This document shows positions 28,190-36,932 of a DNA stretch of 37,985 nt, one piece after another. The stretch lies in IMG/VR virus record IMGVR_UViG_3300014614_000024, positions 1-37,985 of that record. The stretch is one strand, 5' to 3'. Position numbers and translations under genes: made by a program. The stretch comes from a virus (taxonomy: Duplodnaviria > Heunggongvirae > Uroviricota > Caudoviricetes). The notes under the pieces were generated by a model that saw only the letters and a list, made by a program, of their open reading frames with translations, made no database searches and was not told where the DNA came from. The stretch's first letter is position 1. Every line of letters starts with the position of its first letter.

Positions 28190-28205
28190 CTGTTTATATT
28201 TACAG
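28190..28205. promoter_or_regulatory. LexA (SOS) box CTGT-N8-ACAG
   Basis: ctgtttatatttacag with AT-rich spacer, flanked by ca...ta; read directly from the sequence. Confidence 0.6.
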
Positions 28206-28220
28206 TATATAATAATCTTA

Positions 28221-28251
28221 CTGATGTAAAACGTTTTTTTACGTTCATCAG
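28221..28251 (-). terminator. hairpin downstream of gene A (ctgatgtaaaacg-T7-acgttcatcag)
   Basis: inverted repeat read from the sequence; U-rich tract follows on the minus strand. Confidence 0.35.
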
Positions 28252-28299
28252 CCTGATATGCCTGGTATTATTAAGAGCACGAATTGTTAACCCGCGTAA

Positions 28300-30672
28300 T
28301 TAATACAGGTTCCGCCACTTATCATCTTCCTGCAAACGCTGGTTCCGATAGAAGATACGCAGGCCTGCTCCTGACGGAATACTGCCGCCGCGAAGGAGTA
28401 AATCGACCTCTTTCTCGCTACCATCAAATCCTCTGGACTTCAGCTCATAGACGAGCTGCAGTCGCTGATGGTCTGTAATTCGCTGTTTGTAGTCTTTACG
28501 CCGTTTCGGTTTAACCAGGCGTAACCTTGCAGCCAGTTCCCGGCGCTCTTTTTTGCTCATACTGTGCAGGTAATCGTGCAACTCCTTGTCATCCATGCGG
28601 GTAATGTCCGTTCTGATGTCCCCATCAGCTGATTTATCTTTCTCCTGTTGGTTCAAATTTTCAGCAAGGGGACAGTTATTGCCACGAGTCCAAGGGGCGC
28701 AAGCGCCCTGGTCGGCTGCCGCCTCCTGAACGTCAACGGCCTTACGAACCATTTTCCACTTCACGGCATGAGTGCAGATCTTGCCCTCTGCAATAGGTGA
28801 CCAGATGCCATAAATACGAATGCCGTGATCGCCATAGGCGGTCGGCTCTTCGTTGATTTCATAAGCAGTTCTGATGAGGTGATATTTGCGGGGAACCAGT
28901 ACGCCACCCTGCTTCATGATGTAGGTGGCAAAACAACCAGCATCAGCAGCAGCCAGAATGGCATCAAGGCGCGGGTTATCCAGTACCGGCGCACCTGCTT
29001 TTTTGTCCCCCTGTTGCCTTGCCGCCTGACCAGCCAGCAATCGCAGTTCACGGTAAGCCTGACGCCCCGGAATGCCAAAGAAGCGGAATTGCTGAACACG
29101 ATGCAGAGACGCCCAGGCATTAACGTATTCAGCATTATCACGCAGGGATTTCCCCGTTTCCTTGCTGATCTCGCCAGCCAGACCACGCCCGTCAATGTTC
29201 TTACTGATGTATTTCGCGATGTAGCTTGTTGGCGTACCTTTGCGCGGGTTAATCAACTCAGACTTAAAGCGCGGCCCAGTGTTATTGCCCAGCTCCTCGC
29301 GGTCTTCACGGATGGCAAACTTACGCAGTAATGCAGTGATGGTGCGGCGGTCTTTTTTGCGCATAAAACACAACAGGTGCCAGTGAACTGTACCGTCATG
29401 ATGCGGCTCAGCCACCCGCACGCCATACCACCGCAATCCGGCTTTGTGCATCGCCTTACGAAATGCAGCAAACATGCCGACCAGATAATCACTGCTTTGT
29501 CTTACCGTCGCATTTGTCCAGGTTGGGTTGGGCCTGCCGTTATTTAGCGTGGAATGGAAACGTGACGGACAGGTGATGGTGTAGAAAACGGCGCAGTCAC
29601 CGCGCATTTCCGCGATAAGCTCCAGACCTTTAACACAGGCCATCATCTCATTGCGGCGATGCGCAGGGTTGCTGCTGCTGGCGTTTACCACATCCTCCAT
29701 GTCCAGCGTGTCGCCGTCTTCGTTCACCAGTTCATGAGAACGGAAAAACTCCAGCGACTTACGGCGCTGCTCACGTTTATGCATCACGGCTTCATAGCTG
29801 ACATAGGGAGATGCTTTTTTGCTGACCAGGCAAACAGCACGCAACTGCTCTTCCCGCCATTCGCAACGCATCTTCCATAATTTCCGGTACCACCAGTCGG
29901 CGCACAACATACGCGCCAGCGAACCCGGAATGAGTTCATAGGGCACGGGTTTACGGCGGTTTCTTTTCCGGCGGAGTTGCTCAAACGCAGGCGGTATGAC
30001 ATCCAGTCGCAGGGTTTCTGCTGCCACCTTTTCCCATGTCTTGCGGATTTCTTCTGGCTTAACGTCATCGGTGGCATACAAATCGCCACAAGCTGCATCA
30101 AGGCACATGCTCATATGCGCAGCAACAAGGGTGGACAGGCGTTTCACCTGATCCTGACTCATTTCAGGCAGAATCAGCAGGCCGTCCAGCCCTTCATGGC
30201 TTGCCATAAAGCGAAAAGAAGTGGATAGCTGACTGTCGCGCACATGCTCCAGCCGTTCCAGACATGGCTTAATCGTCTCACGCAAATAGCGGGAATAAGC
30301 CTTTGGCCTGCCAAGGCTGCTGAAGTATTCAATACGTTGCATCAGCGGCTTGCTGATATGGGAAGGCTGGGCATTGACGTCCGCCAGAATGACCATATCT
30401 GGATTAAAACGCTGCTGCTCATGCGCCAGCTTTGCCCGACTAATGAGCTTATCCTGCTCCATTTCGCGCTGTACAGGATCACGGGATTCATTAAAGAAAT
30501 AACGCTCCCAGACCTGATCACTCAGTACCTCGCGGCGCAGGTGTTCCTGCTCGTTATCGGCAGCGTACAGAGCGATCAGGTTTGAAAGCGCAGAAACTGA
30601 AGATTGCTCTTCTGTCTCTACGTAAGGATTGATTGCTTTTTTCTCAGCATTCCAGGAATAGCTGTAGTTCAT
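28300..30672 (-). CDS. A: replication initiation endonuclease A (rolling-circle HUH Rep)
   Basis: 790 aa; HUH motif HWHLL and two-tyrosine motif YIAKYISK; same position as P2/186 gene A. Confidence 0.85.
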   Translation of the reverse strand: MNYSYSWNAEKKAINPYVETEEQSSVSALSNLIALYAADNEQEHLRREVLSDQVWERYFFNESRDPVQREMEQDKLISRAKLAHEQQRFNPDMVILADVNAQPSHISKPLMQRIEYFSSLGRPKAYSRYLRETIKPCLERLEHVRDSQLSTSFRFMASHEGLDGLLILPEMSQDQVKRLSTLVAAHMSMCLDAACGDLYATDDVKPEEIRKTWEKVAAETLRLDVIPPAFEQLRRKRNRRKPVPYELIPGSLARMLCADWWYRKLWKMRCEWREEQLRAVCLVSKKASPYVSYEAVMHKREQRRKSLEFFRSHELVNEDGDTLDMEDVVNASSSNPAHRRNEMMACVKGLELIAEMRGDCAVFYTITCPSRFHSTLNNGRPNPTWTNATVRQSSDYLVGMFAAFRKAMHKAGLRWYGVRVAEPHHDGTVHWHLLCFMRKKDRRTITALLRKFAIREDREELGNNTGPRFKSELINPRKGTPTSYIAKYISKNIDGRGLAGEISKETGKSLRDNAEYVNAWASLHRVQQFRFFGIPGRQAYRELRLLAGQAARQQGDKKAGAPVLDNPRLDAILAAADAGCFATYIMKQGGVLVPRKYHLIRTAYEINEEPTAYGDHGIRIYGIWSPIAEGKICTHAVKWKMVRKAVDVQEAAADQGACAPWTRGNNCPLAENLNQQEKDKSADGDIRTDITRMDDKELHDYLHSMSKKERRELAARLRLVKPKRRKDYKQRITDHQRLQLVYELKSRGFDGSEKEVDLLLRGGSIPSGAGLRIFYRNQRLQEDDKWRNLY

Positions 30673-31502
30673 TACGCAATCTCCAGTTCGAGCTGTGAAG
30701 GCTGCAAACCATTCGACAGCCAGTCAGAAACTGAAGGTGGGCGAACAGCTTCAATTGCACCTTTTAAAATTGCGCAACGGTTTTTCAGAATGACAGCTTT
30801 CAGCTCCTTTTCCGTCAGATTGCGCGAATACTCAGCCTCCTGAATAGCCCGCGTAAGCTCAGGATATTTGCTATTAAATTTGGGGACATTGCAGGCAAGA
30901 TTTGTACTGTCGGCAGTCGCCAGTGGGTAATTTCCCAACACACGACCGTCAAGCATGCGCAAACCATGAACAGCTGTTTTGAAATTGTGTCGGCAATAAA
31001 TTGCTTCAAAAGCGTCCTGCATACGACGATGCCAGTGCGCAGTTCTAATAGCCGCATATTCACCAGACGATCCAAAGCAGACACGAGGCCATTCACGACA
31101 TAGCTCGATAAGCCGATCGATTGACTCGTGCAGATGCCAGACGGGAGTTGCCTTCCCGTAGAACATTTTCGGAACTTCGTTTATCAGGGCATCATTGTCA
31201 CGTTCACCTCCGTCCACAACATCAGGAATGACAAAAAAAGCGACCTTAGGATGGTGGTAATAGTTCAGGAGCCATTTATAAAAATCATTCCAGTTAATTT
31301 TTAGCCCACGCACCCATGCAGAAAATGCGCCGTTATCAATGCCAACGACCTGGGCGTGCTGAATGGACGCCGCAATCTGATCTGGTCGTACATAGGAGAC
31401 GAAAGCACCAGCTCCGCTCACCGCAATACGATGAACGTCGCCAGCACTTCCCCAGACAGGCGTCCCATGGAAATGATGAATTCCGTGGTGCATTTCTTTC
31501 AC
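30672..31502 (-). CDS. hypothetical protein translationally coupled to dam
   Basis: 276 aa; GTG start overlaps the dam stop (GTGA); His-rich N-terminus; no family recognised. Confidence 0.5.
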   Translation of the reverse strand: MKEMHHGIHHFHGTPVWGSAGDVHRIAVSGAGAFVSYVRPDQIAASIQHAQVVGIDNGAFSAWVRGLKINWNDFYKWLLNYYHHPKVAFFVIPDVVDGGERDNDALINEVPKMFYGKATPVWHLHESIDRLIELCREWPRVCFGSSGEYAAIRTAHWHRRMQDAFEAIYCRHNFKTAVHGLRMLDGRVLGNYPLATADSTNLACNVPKFNSKYPELTRAIQEAEYSRNLTEKELKAVILKNRCAILKGAIEAVRPPSVSDWLSNGLQPSQLELEIA

Positions 31503-32353
31503 ACTTGCACCCCGAAAATAACAGTAGAGTCACGTCCCCTACTAAAATCGGCACTAAACCAATTAGCAGATTTAGTGGCAATCATCTCTGTTGCAAATTT
31601 TCCCTCCCCCGCTGCAACGCCGATGCTGCGTTTCGCCCTGATGTAGTGGTGAGTGAAATTACGATAAAGAGACCGGGTCAAAGACGTGTCACTGTTAGAA
31701 ACAATGACCGGATGTCCTTCAGATGCTCGATGTTCAAGAACGGATGCCAGGTGATACTGGTCATCTTCAGTGAAACCATCAGTGTGATAGCCGGAAAACG
31801 TACCGTCATACGGCGGATCGCAATACACCACATCCCCCGCCTTCAACATCGCCAGCGTTTCATCAAAGCTGGCGCAGATAAACGTTGCTCGCTGGGCCTT
31901 TTCTGCAAATGCGCGAATTTCTTTTTCAGGGAAATACGGATTTTTATAATTACCGTAGGGAATGTTGAAATGCCCGCTCTTGTTATAGCGACATAAACCA
32001 CGGTAACCGTGACGATTGAGATACAGGAAATATACCGCTCTCATGAAATCAGTAATTTCAGTTGAGTAATTAAACTCCTGCCTTATGTTGTAATAAGCCA
32101 CCTCCCTGTTTGCGATCTCAAATAAAACTCTGGCGCGAGATATAAACGATTCACAATCAGCGGCAACCTTTTTATAGAGGTTGATTAAATCAGGATTAAT
32201 ATCCGCAACCAGATAGCTGGGATAATCCGTCTCCATCATCACAGCACAGGAACCCGCGAAAGGTTCAACCAGTCGCGGGCCAGCAGGAAGATGTTTTTTC
32301 AGTTCGGACATTATGGCAGTTTTATTTCCCGCCCATTTCAGGATGGTGCTCAT
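31499..32353 (-). CDS. dam: DNA adenine methyltransferase (Dam-like)
   Basis: start at internal ATG 32353; [23 protein letters not shown] and DPPY motifs closely parallel E. coli Dam; ATGA overlap with the upstream gene. Confidence 0.88.
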   Translation of the reverse strand: MSTILKWAGNKTAIMSELKKHLPAGPRLVEPFAGSCAVMMETDYPSYLVADINPDLINLYKKVAADCESFISRARVLFEIANREVAYYNIRQEFNYSTEITDFMRAVYFLYLNRHGYRGLCRYNKSGHFNIPYGNYKNPYFPEKEIRAFAEKAQRATFICASFDETLAMLKAGDVVYCDPPYDGTFSGYHTDGFTEDDQYHLASVLEHRASEGHPVIVSNSDTSLTRSLYRNFTHHYIRAKRSIGVAAGEGKFATEMIATKSANWFSADFSRGRDSTVIFGVQV

Positions 32354-32577
32354 ACAGCACCTCCGTTGTAATGTTTGCCTTTCAGCTCTGCGATTTCCTG
32401 ACAGGTAATGCAAAGTTGCACACCCGGAATGGCACGGCGGCGTGCTGGCGGAATTGGCGCTTCACACTCAACGCAAAGCACGCGGGACACTCCCGGCGTT
32501 TTGGCACGGGCAGCACGGATATGACGCTGGCGTTCTTCTTCAACTCGCTGCTGTACGAGATCCATTGCATCAGCCAT
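32350..32577 (-). CDS. TraR/DksA-family C4 zinc-finger protein
   Basis: 75 aa; CVEC-N17-CITC. Confidence 0.7.
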   Translation of the reverse strand: MADAMDLVQQRVEEERQRHIRAARAKTPGVSRVLCVECEAPIPPARRRAIPGVQLCITCQEIAELKGKHYNGGAV

Positions 32578-32816
32578 CAGTGGATCTCCTGCGCTTCGTT
32601 CTGGATTGCTTCAGCAGTCACACGCAGCAGTTCTGCCGCTTCGACGTGGTTTAACTGGCGGGATGTGATATGACACGCCAGGCGATCAAGGCGAGCTGCC
32701 ATTGCTTCAGCCCTTGCCCGACGTTCTTCCAGACGAGCCTCTGTCAGTAAAATATTAAGCCCTGCGTCATCCGGTCCGGTTTTAGTCGTGAGGGTTTCAA
32801 TATTACGCATAATCAA
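32577..32816 (-). CDS. hypothetical early-operon protein
   Basis: 79-aa ORF packed in the early operon; no family recognised. Confidence 0.4.
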   Translation of the reverse strand: MIMRNIETLTTKTGPDDAGLNILLTEARLEERRARAEAMAARLDRLACHITSRQLNHVEAAELLRVTAEAIQNEAQEIH

Positions 32817-32877
32817 TTCTCCTGAATTTAGATAAAGGGATGCCCGGCGGGTTTACGCCATTAATTTCATTAGTTGG

Positions 32878-33219
32878 TTAATTCGGCATGGTTAGCCGTC
32901 TGGGAAATAAGCTCACCACTGCACGAAAATGATTCATTGCTTTAATCAGCTCCCGCTTTTCGTCAGTGGTCAGCTCATTAATGCTGATGCTATGACGTTC
33001 AGCCGGAATTTTTGCCATAAAGAATATAGCAGCCAGTGCCCGTTTATTTTGTTCATTATTGATATCCCGTGGATCACGCATATCTTTAATAAACCGCTCA
33101 AGCTCTGACTCAATATTCAGGCCAAAAACTTTCGCCCTTAATTCCGCTATGTGATTAAGTCCACTCAGGCGTTCACCGGGGCTTAATGGAACAGTCGCCG
33201 CAGCGCCTTCAATAGCCAT
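32878..33219 (-). CDS. hypothetical early-operon protein
   Basis: 113-aa ORF in the early operon; no family recognised. Confidence 0.4.
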   Translation of the reverse strand: MAIEGAAATVPLSPGERLSGLNHIAELRAKVFGLNIESELERFIKDMRDPRDINNEQNKRALAAIFFMAKIPAERHSISINELTTDEKRELIKAMNHFRAVVSLFPRRLTMPN

Positions 33220-33383
33220 TTGTTCCCCCTTTTTTTCGTAGATAGTTCTGCCAGCAATTCATCTTGTGAACGGCACGGATGCCAGCGTTTACCATCCTCC
33301 CCCATGATCCAGCCGTGACCGTAGTGCATTGCCGGACTTTGTTTTACCAGCAGCGATGCAAATGATGGTTCTTTAGTAAGCAT
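33183..33383 (-). CDS. hypothetical small early protein
   Basis: 66 aa from internal ATG 33383, just downstream of the cII stop; coding status uncertain. Confidence 0.3.
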   Translation of the reverse strand: MLTKEPSFASLLVKQSPAMHYGHGWIMGEDGKRWHPCRSQDELLAELSTKKRGNKWLLKALRRLFH

Positions 33384-33390
33384 AAGCACC

Positions 33391-33900
33391 TCACAGCAAA
33401 CCGAATGAAGCACCGAGGCCAGTCACGGTATCAACTGCACTCGCCATCGCAGGATTAGCCTGTAAACGGGCCTGCAATGAAACAGCCGCCAGCGCCATCA
33501 GTCGTGTTACAGAGTTAATGCTGCTGATAGCATCACGACGACCTGCACTGGTTTTTACATCGCCAGATACCGCACCTGCAGCAACACGCCCGATCTCTGC
33601 GGTTGCACTCATGACGTAATGTGGCAGTTTCTCTTTTGCCACCTCATTAATCGGTACGCATGGCAGGCAGTGAATCTGAGCCAGAAAACCATCTACCAGC
33701 GTTGAATCTTCAGTCAGATCGGTAAGCAGCCAGATTTCTGGTGCGGTTAATAAATGAGGTTGAGCCGGGTTCAGCTTGTTCCGCAGAATCTGCACATTCA
33801 TGCCAGCACGTTCTGCCAGTTGCACCAGGTTGTGGCGCAGCGCGAATGCACGACAGGCTTCATCAAAATGTGGATGTTTGGAAACTTGGTAATCAAACAT
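33391..33900 (-). CDS. cII: CII-like lysogeny-establishment transcription activator (phage 186 type)
   Basis: 169 aa from internal ATG 33900; [24 protein letters not shown]...[28 protein letters not shown] is near-identical to 186 CII as I recall it. Confidence 0.8.
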   Translation of the reverse strand: MFDYQVSKHPHFDEACRAFALRHNLVQLAERAGMNVQILRNKLNPAQPHLLTAPEIWLLTDLTEDSTLVDGFLAQIHCLPCVPINEVAKEKLPHYVMSATAEIGRVAAGAVSGDVKTSAGRRDAISSINSVTRLMALAAVSLQARLQANPAMASAVDTVTGLGASFGLL

Positions 33901-33932
33901 AGTCGACACCCCTGATGTATCCCAAAATGGAA

Positions 33933-34154
33933 CTAGTTGAATACAACATTGCAATCAGTAAGTGCATCAACGGTAAGAGCAGCAAGGTTGATCATTACCT
34001 TTTCTCTTTTCTTGTCTTTCCGAAGGCGATGACGAGGGATGCGACCATCAGCCAGCATATCGTTGATTGTGTCGATAGAAAGACCAGTAAGTTCGCTATA
34101 ACGCTCAATTGTGACGTGCGGCGTATTCAGAGTTATTGAAATGTTAGGGGTCAT
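33933..34154 (-). CDS. apl: Apl/Cox-like excisionase and early-promoter repressor
   Basis: 73 aa from ATG 34154 with AGGAG 10 nt upstream; HTH segment [25 protein letters not shown]; first gene of the early operon, divergent from cI. Confidence 0.7.
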   Translation of the reverse strand: MTPNISITLNTPHVTIERYSELTGLSIDTINDMLADGRIPRHRLRKDKKREKVMINLAALTVDALTDCNVVFN

Positions 34155-34220
34155 GATGCAACATCTCCTATTGGCTTGTGGTGAGCCGGTATTAATCGTG
34201 ACGAAAACTTCACAAAACGG

Positions 34221-34249
34221 AGAATAGGTTCGCATAAAGAATATGTCAA
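34221..34249 (-). promoter_or_regulatory. candidate early lytic promoter pR (TTGACA-17-TATTCT)
   Basis: -35 TTGACA at 34249-34244 overlaps the cI start codon; -10 TATTCT at 34226-34221; transcribes toward apl. Confidence 0.45.
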
Positions 34250-35184
34250 CTAATAAAATCACATTTCGCCATATTGAAGATCATCTGAAAGCCATGGTCA
34301 TGCAGAATCGAGGAGGGCAAAAAGTCATTGAGAGAATACTCATGGCCTATGGTTTCAAATCACGCCAAGCATTCTGTAACCACCTTGGTATTTCACAAAG
34401 TACAATGGCTAACAGATATGCACGCGATACCTTCCCTGCTGATTGGGTTGTTATATGTTCAATGGAAACTGGCGCATCAATCGAATGGTTAGCATTTGGT
34501 TTAGATGCTGAAGAAGGAGTGCCAGCTCCTTCGCCAGAACGGCATGCTGAAAAACAGTCTGCAGATGAATTTTGCAATGAAGTTCACACCCCCACGATAA
34601 AGTTCGATAATGAAAACCACATGGATTTCACTCGAGGGGGTAAAGCAGCAATAGAGCGAATTGTTAAGGCTTACGGTTACAAAACGCGCCAAGCCTTAGC
34701 CGATCACCTTGGTATCTCAAAAAGCACATTAGCTACACGATACATGCGAGACATTTTTCCGGCAGACTGGATCATCCAATGCTGTTTAGAAACAGGAGTG
34801 TCTCTCGAGTGGTTATCTTTTGGTAAGGGGCATTCCAATCAAACAAAGCTAAGTGGGTTGCTTACATTAGACTGCTATGATCTACGTGACGGCAAACTTA
34901 CTGATCAAAGAGAATTAATCGTTTCGAGCGAAATTTTACCTCAAAATTTAAAACATCCCTATATAGTTAATTCCGCAAATGATTCATATATCATTAGCAA
35001 AGAGGAGTATCTTAGCGATGGTCTATGGTTAGTATCTATTAACGGAGAATTTACTTTTAGAGACATATTTAAACTTCCAAACAATCGCATCCGCGTTGAA
35101 AACACAAAATATAGCTTTGAATGCGATAAAGAAGATTTGGAATTTAATAATAAAGTTAAAGGAATAATTAGAAAAAGGGTTTAA
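34243..35184 (+). CDS. cI: CI-like immunity repressor (186 type) with duplicated N-terminal DNA-binding domain
   Basis: 313 aa; residues ~24-90 and ~132-198 are paralogous (GGQKVIERILMAYGFKSRQAF.NHLGISQSTMANRYARDTFPADW... versus GGKAAIERIVKAYGYKTRQALADHLGISKSTLATRYMRDIFPADW...), both like the 186 CI N-terminal domain; C-terminus (SDGLWLV...FKLP...FEC) like the 186 CI oligomerisation domain. Confidence 0.7.
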   Translation: MSTNKITFRHIEDHLKAMVMQNRGGQKVIERILMAYGFKSRQAFCNHLGISQSTMANRYARDTFPADWVVICSMETGASIEWLAFGLDAEEGVPAPSPERHAEKQSADEFCNEVHTPTIKFDNENHMDFTRGGKAAIERIVKAYGYKTRQALADHLGISKSTLATRYMRDIFPADWIIQCCLETGVSLEWLSFGKGHSNQTKLSGLLTLDCYDLRDGKLTDQRELIVSSEILPQNLKHPYIVNSANDSYIISKEEYLSDGLWLVSINGEFTFRDIFKLPNNRIRVENTKYSFECDKEDLEFNNKVKGIIRKRV

Positions 35185-35186
35185 CA

Positions 35187-36236
35187 ATGAGCTTTACGAA
35201 AACTATTGAATTTGCAAACTATACCTTAAATTTTGGAGAGGACAAAGTTCTCTTAGATGCTTTTGATTGCATTGTTTTTCCTTCATTTTTCGCACAAAAA
35301 TACGTTAGAAAATTTAAAGATACAGAATATTTCTTTACTGACACAAAAATTATTACGTTAGATACTACAGATTCAGATTTTATTGGTCCTATAGTTCCAA
35401 CAATTGCATTGTGTGGCCGCATTATAAAAAAGACCATATTTAAACGAGATCAAATATTTCAAGATGGTCAATTAATTCGAGATCACAGGACGCTAGAAAG
35501 TCACCCCAGCTCTATTTTTATTCTTATGCTTAATGAGCACAGATTAATGCTTTGCAAAGAGGTTTCTGGAGCCCCTACCCTAGAAGAATTTGAAAATACT
35601 AGCAAGTATTGCCTTGCACAGCGATATAATTCTTTTGTGGATTACGAAGTAAAAAAAAATAAAAGAATTAGAAAGAAAAAATCATACATTGATCGACTGT
35701 ATAAAAAAGATATTTATCGTAAACTAGGAGCCCCCAAATTACGGGTTACCCCCTTAACAGACCCAAGATCATTGAGCAATTTTGTTGAACTCTTTTCTGT
35801 TGTTAATAGATTATCAATTGAGTTATTGCCAACAAATAGTGAAAATATATCTCTTGATGGCTTCTGGAGGAAAATTGAACAAGAAAAAGAAGAACTTAAT
35901 AGTAGTAAAGCTCAATTAGTATACACAAATAAAAATGAAGATGGTTTAAATTCTGAGGCCGTCATTCAAAAAACAACAAGTGCAACCCGAATGGCCAACT
36001 CTAAAGTAATTATAAGTGGTAAAGATGAACACGGAGCAAGGCTATCAGGGAATAATGATAGTTTTACTCTAAAAGCATCAAGGCCACAACTTAGTTCTGA
36101 TTTGGAAAGAGCTGCTCAAGAGGCGTATTCTGCATTCACAGAATTAAAGGATGCAGGAAATATTATTATTCCAGAACGTGAAGATTATACTAAAATTTTT
36201 TCCAAGTTAACATCAATAATTTCTAGGTGGCTATAG
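35187..36236 (+). CDS. hypothetical soluble protein (cargo; first gene of a Rex-like pair)
   Basis: 349 aa, very AT-rich and Lys/Asn-rich; starts 3 nt after the cI stop; no family recognised. Confidence 0.5.
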   Translation: MSFTKTIEFANYTLNFGEDKVLLDAFDCIVFPSFFAQKYVRKFKDTEYFFTDTKIITLDTTDSDFIGPIVPTIALCGRIIKKTIFKRDQIFQDGQLIRDHRTLESHPSSIFILMLNEHRLMLCKEVSGAPTLEEFENTSKYCLAQRYNSFVDYEVKKNKRIRKKKSYIDRLYKKDIYRKLGAPKLRVTPLTDPRSLSNFVELFSVVNRLSIELLPTNSENISLDGFWRKIEQEKEELNSSKAQLVYTNKNEDGLNSEAVIQKTTSATRMANSKVIISGKDEHGARLSGNNDSFTLKASRPQLSSDLERAAQEAYSAFTELKDAGNIIIPEREDYTKIFSKLTSIISRWL

Positions 36237-36237
36237 T

Positions 36238-36843
36238 ATGAAATATACATTCAACCCAGAAGATCTGACCAAAGAGCGATCTTTGCATGATGTTTACAAA
36301 TTAACTAAAAAAATAAAGGTCAATTCATTTGACTTTTATTTCACATTATTATTAGTGATATTATTATCTATTAATGCTTTTTGTCTATCTTCATCACCAG
36401 AGTTAATTTCATCTATTAGACAATGGACACCTTTAGTATTCGGATTCACTACAACAACATTAGGTTTTTTAATTACTGGATTTACAATATTTGCAACCAT
36501 AAATAAACCTGAACTTTTCCTTTCATTAATGGAGTATAAGCATCCATTATACGGGATAAGTTACTTAAAATATGTTTATGGCGTATTTATGAGAGTATTT
36601 ATATATTTCATATTTTGGTCTGTTATCTATCTTTTAGTCCTTCTTTTCGGGCAAGAAAATGGATTGGCTACAAAATTACTCAGAGCCTTAATGTTTTCTC
36701 ATTGCACTAAAGTTGTTGGAGTTCAAATACTATATATACTCGTAGGAAGCAGTGCAGTGTTCCTTGTATTAACTTTAAAAACTTTCCTGTTCAATATTTA
36801 TGCTATGTTAATGCAATCTCTACGCTGGGAAGTAGAAAGATAA
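36238..36843 (+). CDS. hypothetical polytopic membrane protein (cargo; second gene of a Rex-like pair)
   Basis: 201 aa with four long hydrophobic segments; ATG 2 nt after the upstream stop; AGGTGG upstream. Confidence 0.55.
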   Translation: MKYTFNPEDLTKERSLHDVYKLTKKIKVNSFDFYFTLLLVILLSINAFCLSSSPELISSIRQWTPLVFGFTTTTLGFLITGFTIFATINKPELFLSLMEYKHPLYGISYLKYVYGVFMRVFIYFIFWSVIYLLVLLFGQENGLATKLLRALMFSHCTKVVGVQILYILVGSSAVFLVLTLKTFLFNIYAMLMQSLRWEVER

Positions 36844-36932
36844 AATTAACCTCAATGTATGAATCTCAATTCATATACATTGACACTGGTTATACATACA
36901 GTAAAAATGCTCTCCACTGGAGGGCATTTTTT

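Noticed and set aside
31316-31996. 226-aa plus-strand ORF across dam and the 276-aa gene
   Set aside because: Antisense to Dam, which has clear motifs.
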